Of a DNA stretch of 25,741 nt, positions 25,160 to 25,741 are shown one piece after another (position 1 is the first letter of the stretch; each line of letters opens with the position of its first letter). Source of the stretch: a virus (lineage: Duplodnaviria > Caudoviricetes); the IMG/VR virus record IMGVR_UViG_3300005077_000097, positions 1 to 25,741 of that record, one strand, 5' to 3'. Made by a program: the position numbers and the translations under genes. Under the pieces are notes generated by a model, which saw only the letters and a program-made list of their open reading frames with translations, was not told where the DNA came from and searched no databases.

Positions 25160-25741
25160 ATGCTCATTCCACCGTCCGATGGGTATATCAGACAAGCTCA
25201 AGTCACTACAGCAATTAGTGATCATACTTCCCACGTCGATCCACATATTCAATATGCACTTCTTTCAGGCCGAGCCGGGCAGACATTAAATCTTTCAGCA
25301 CTGCAGGCGTATGATAGCAATGGATTACACCTTCGCGATGACGGCGGGAATCTGGGAATTTTTATTAAAGATGGTGGAAATGTAGGAATTGGAACTACTG
25401 ATCCCACTCAGAAATTGTTTGTCGCGGGACATATTTTAGTACAGGGACCTGATGGATTTAATTGGTCAAATGAGACCGCCGCCGTTTATTTTGGTGATAC
25501 AAGTAAATACCTGCAAGCCATGTGGGGTGGTGGTTTTACCTTATCTTCGAACGACGCCATTCTAATACGAACCACCTCAGCAAATCCAATCCATTTTGGA
25601 ACCACAAATGATACCGATACTTTATGGTTAGACTCTTCGGGTAATATTGGTATTGGAACATCGTCTTTTGGAACTAGTGCAGTCAGAGTGCTAACCATCA
25701 GTAATGGTATTGCTCCAACAACATCTCCTGCCGATGTGGTT
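25160..25741 (+). CDS. Fibre-like virion protein; 3'-truncated by the window (not in the ORF track)
   Basis: SD GAGGT; MLIPPSDG...DPHIQY...GNVGIGTTDP...GNIGIGT; frame open to the window end. Confidence 0.8.
   Translation, partial: MLIPPSDGYIRQAQVTTAISDHTSHVDPHIQYALLSGRAGQTLNLSALQAYDSNGLHLRDDGGNLGIFIKDGGNVGIGTTDPTQKLFVAGHILVQGPDGFNWSNETAAVYFGDTSKYLQAMWGGGFTLSSNDAILIRTTSANPIHFGTTNDTDTLWLDSSGNIGIGTSSFGTSAVRVLTISNGIAPTTSPADVV

Noticed and set aside
25128-25161. Sigma70 promoter TTGCAT...TATAAT
   Set aside because: The spacer is 22 nt and the TATAAT overlaps the start codon.
109-25698. Minus-strand and alternate-frame ORFs in the track
   Set aside because: They are shadows of well-supported + strand genes and lack motifs.
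1-25741. Stop-codon reassignment
   Set aside because: TAG, TGA and TAA all end well-defined genes, long genes are intact under code 11, and no canonical suppressor tRNA is present.

Overview
This is a segment of a large tailed dsDNA phage (Caudoviricetes, HK97-type head). All credible genes are on the + strand and it uses the standard genetic code. The left ~10 kb is an accessory region: 5 canonical tRNAs with encoded CCA (His, Leu, Pro, Gly, Gln), two related HNH endonucleases, an expanded family of small Cys-rich proteins, a metallophosphoesterase, a GGQ release-factor-like protein, dUTPase, a DIP1984-like helical protein and QueC. Next come a UvsY-like/SSB/RecA recombination trio and the head module: TerS, a kinase, intein-containing TerL, portal, two unusual enzyme-like genes (nucleotidyltransferase; ligase plus phosphoesterase), protease/scaffold, major capsid protein and a fibre protein. 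The most striking feature is at ~7487-9163. A 254-aa helical protein gene is followed by an apparent large ncRNA with a circularly permuted tRNA-like domain: the 3' half with CCA lies at 8421-8457 and the 5' half at 8986-9015. An HNH gene sits in the intervening segment. Short motifs of the RNA are copied over the protein gene's ribosome-binding site, suggesting an autoregulated ribonucleoprotein. All calls come from motif recognition and manual base-pairing; no database searches were run.
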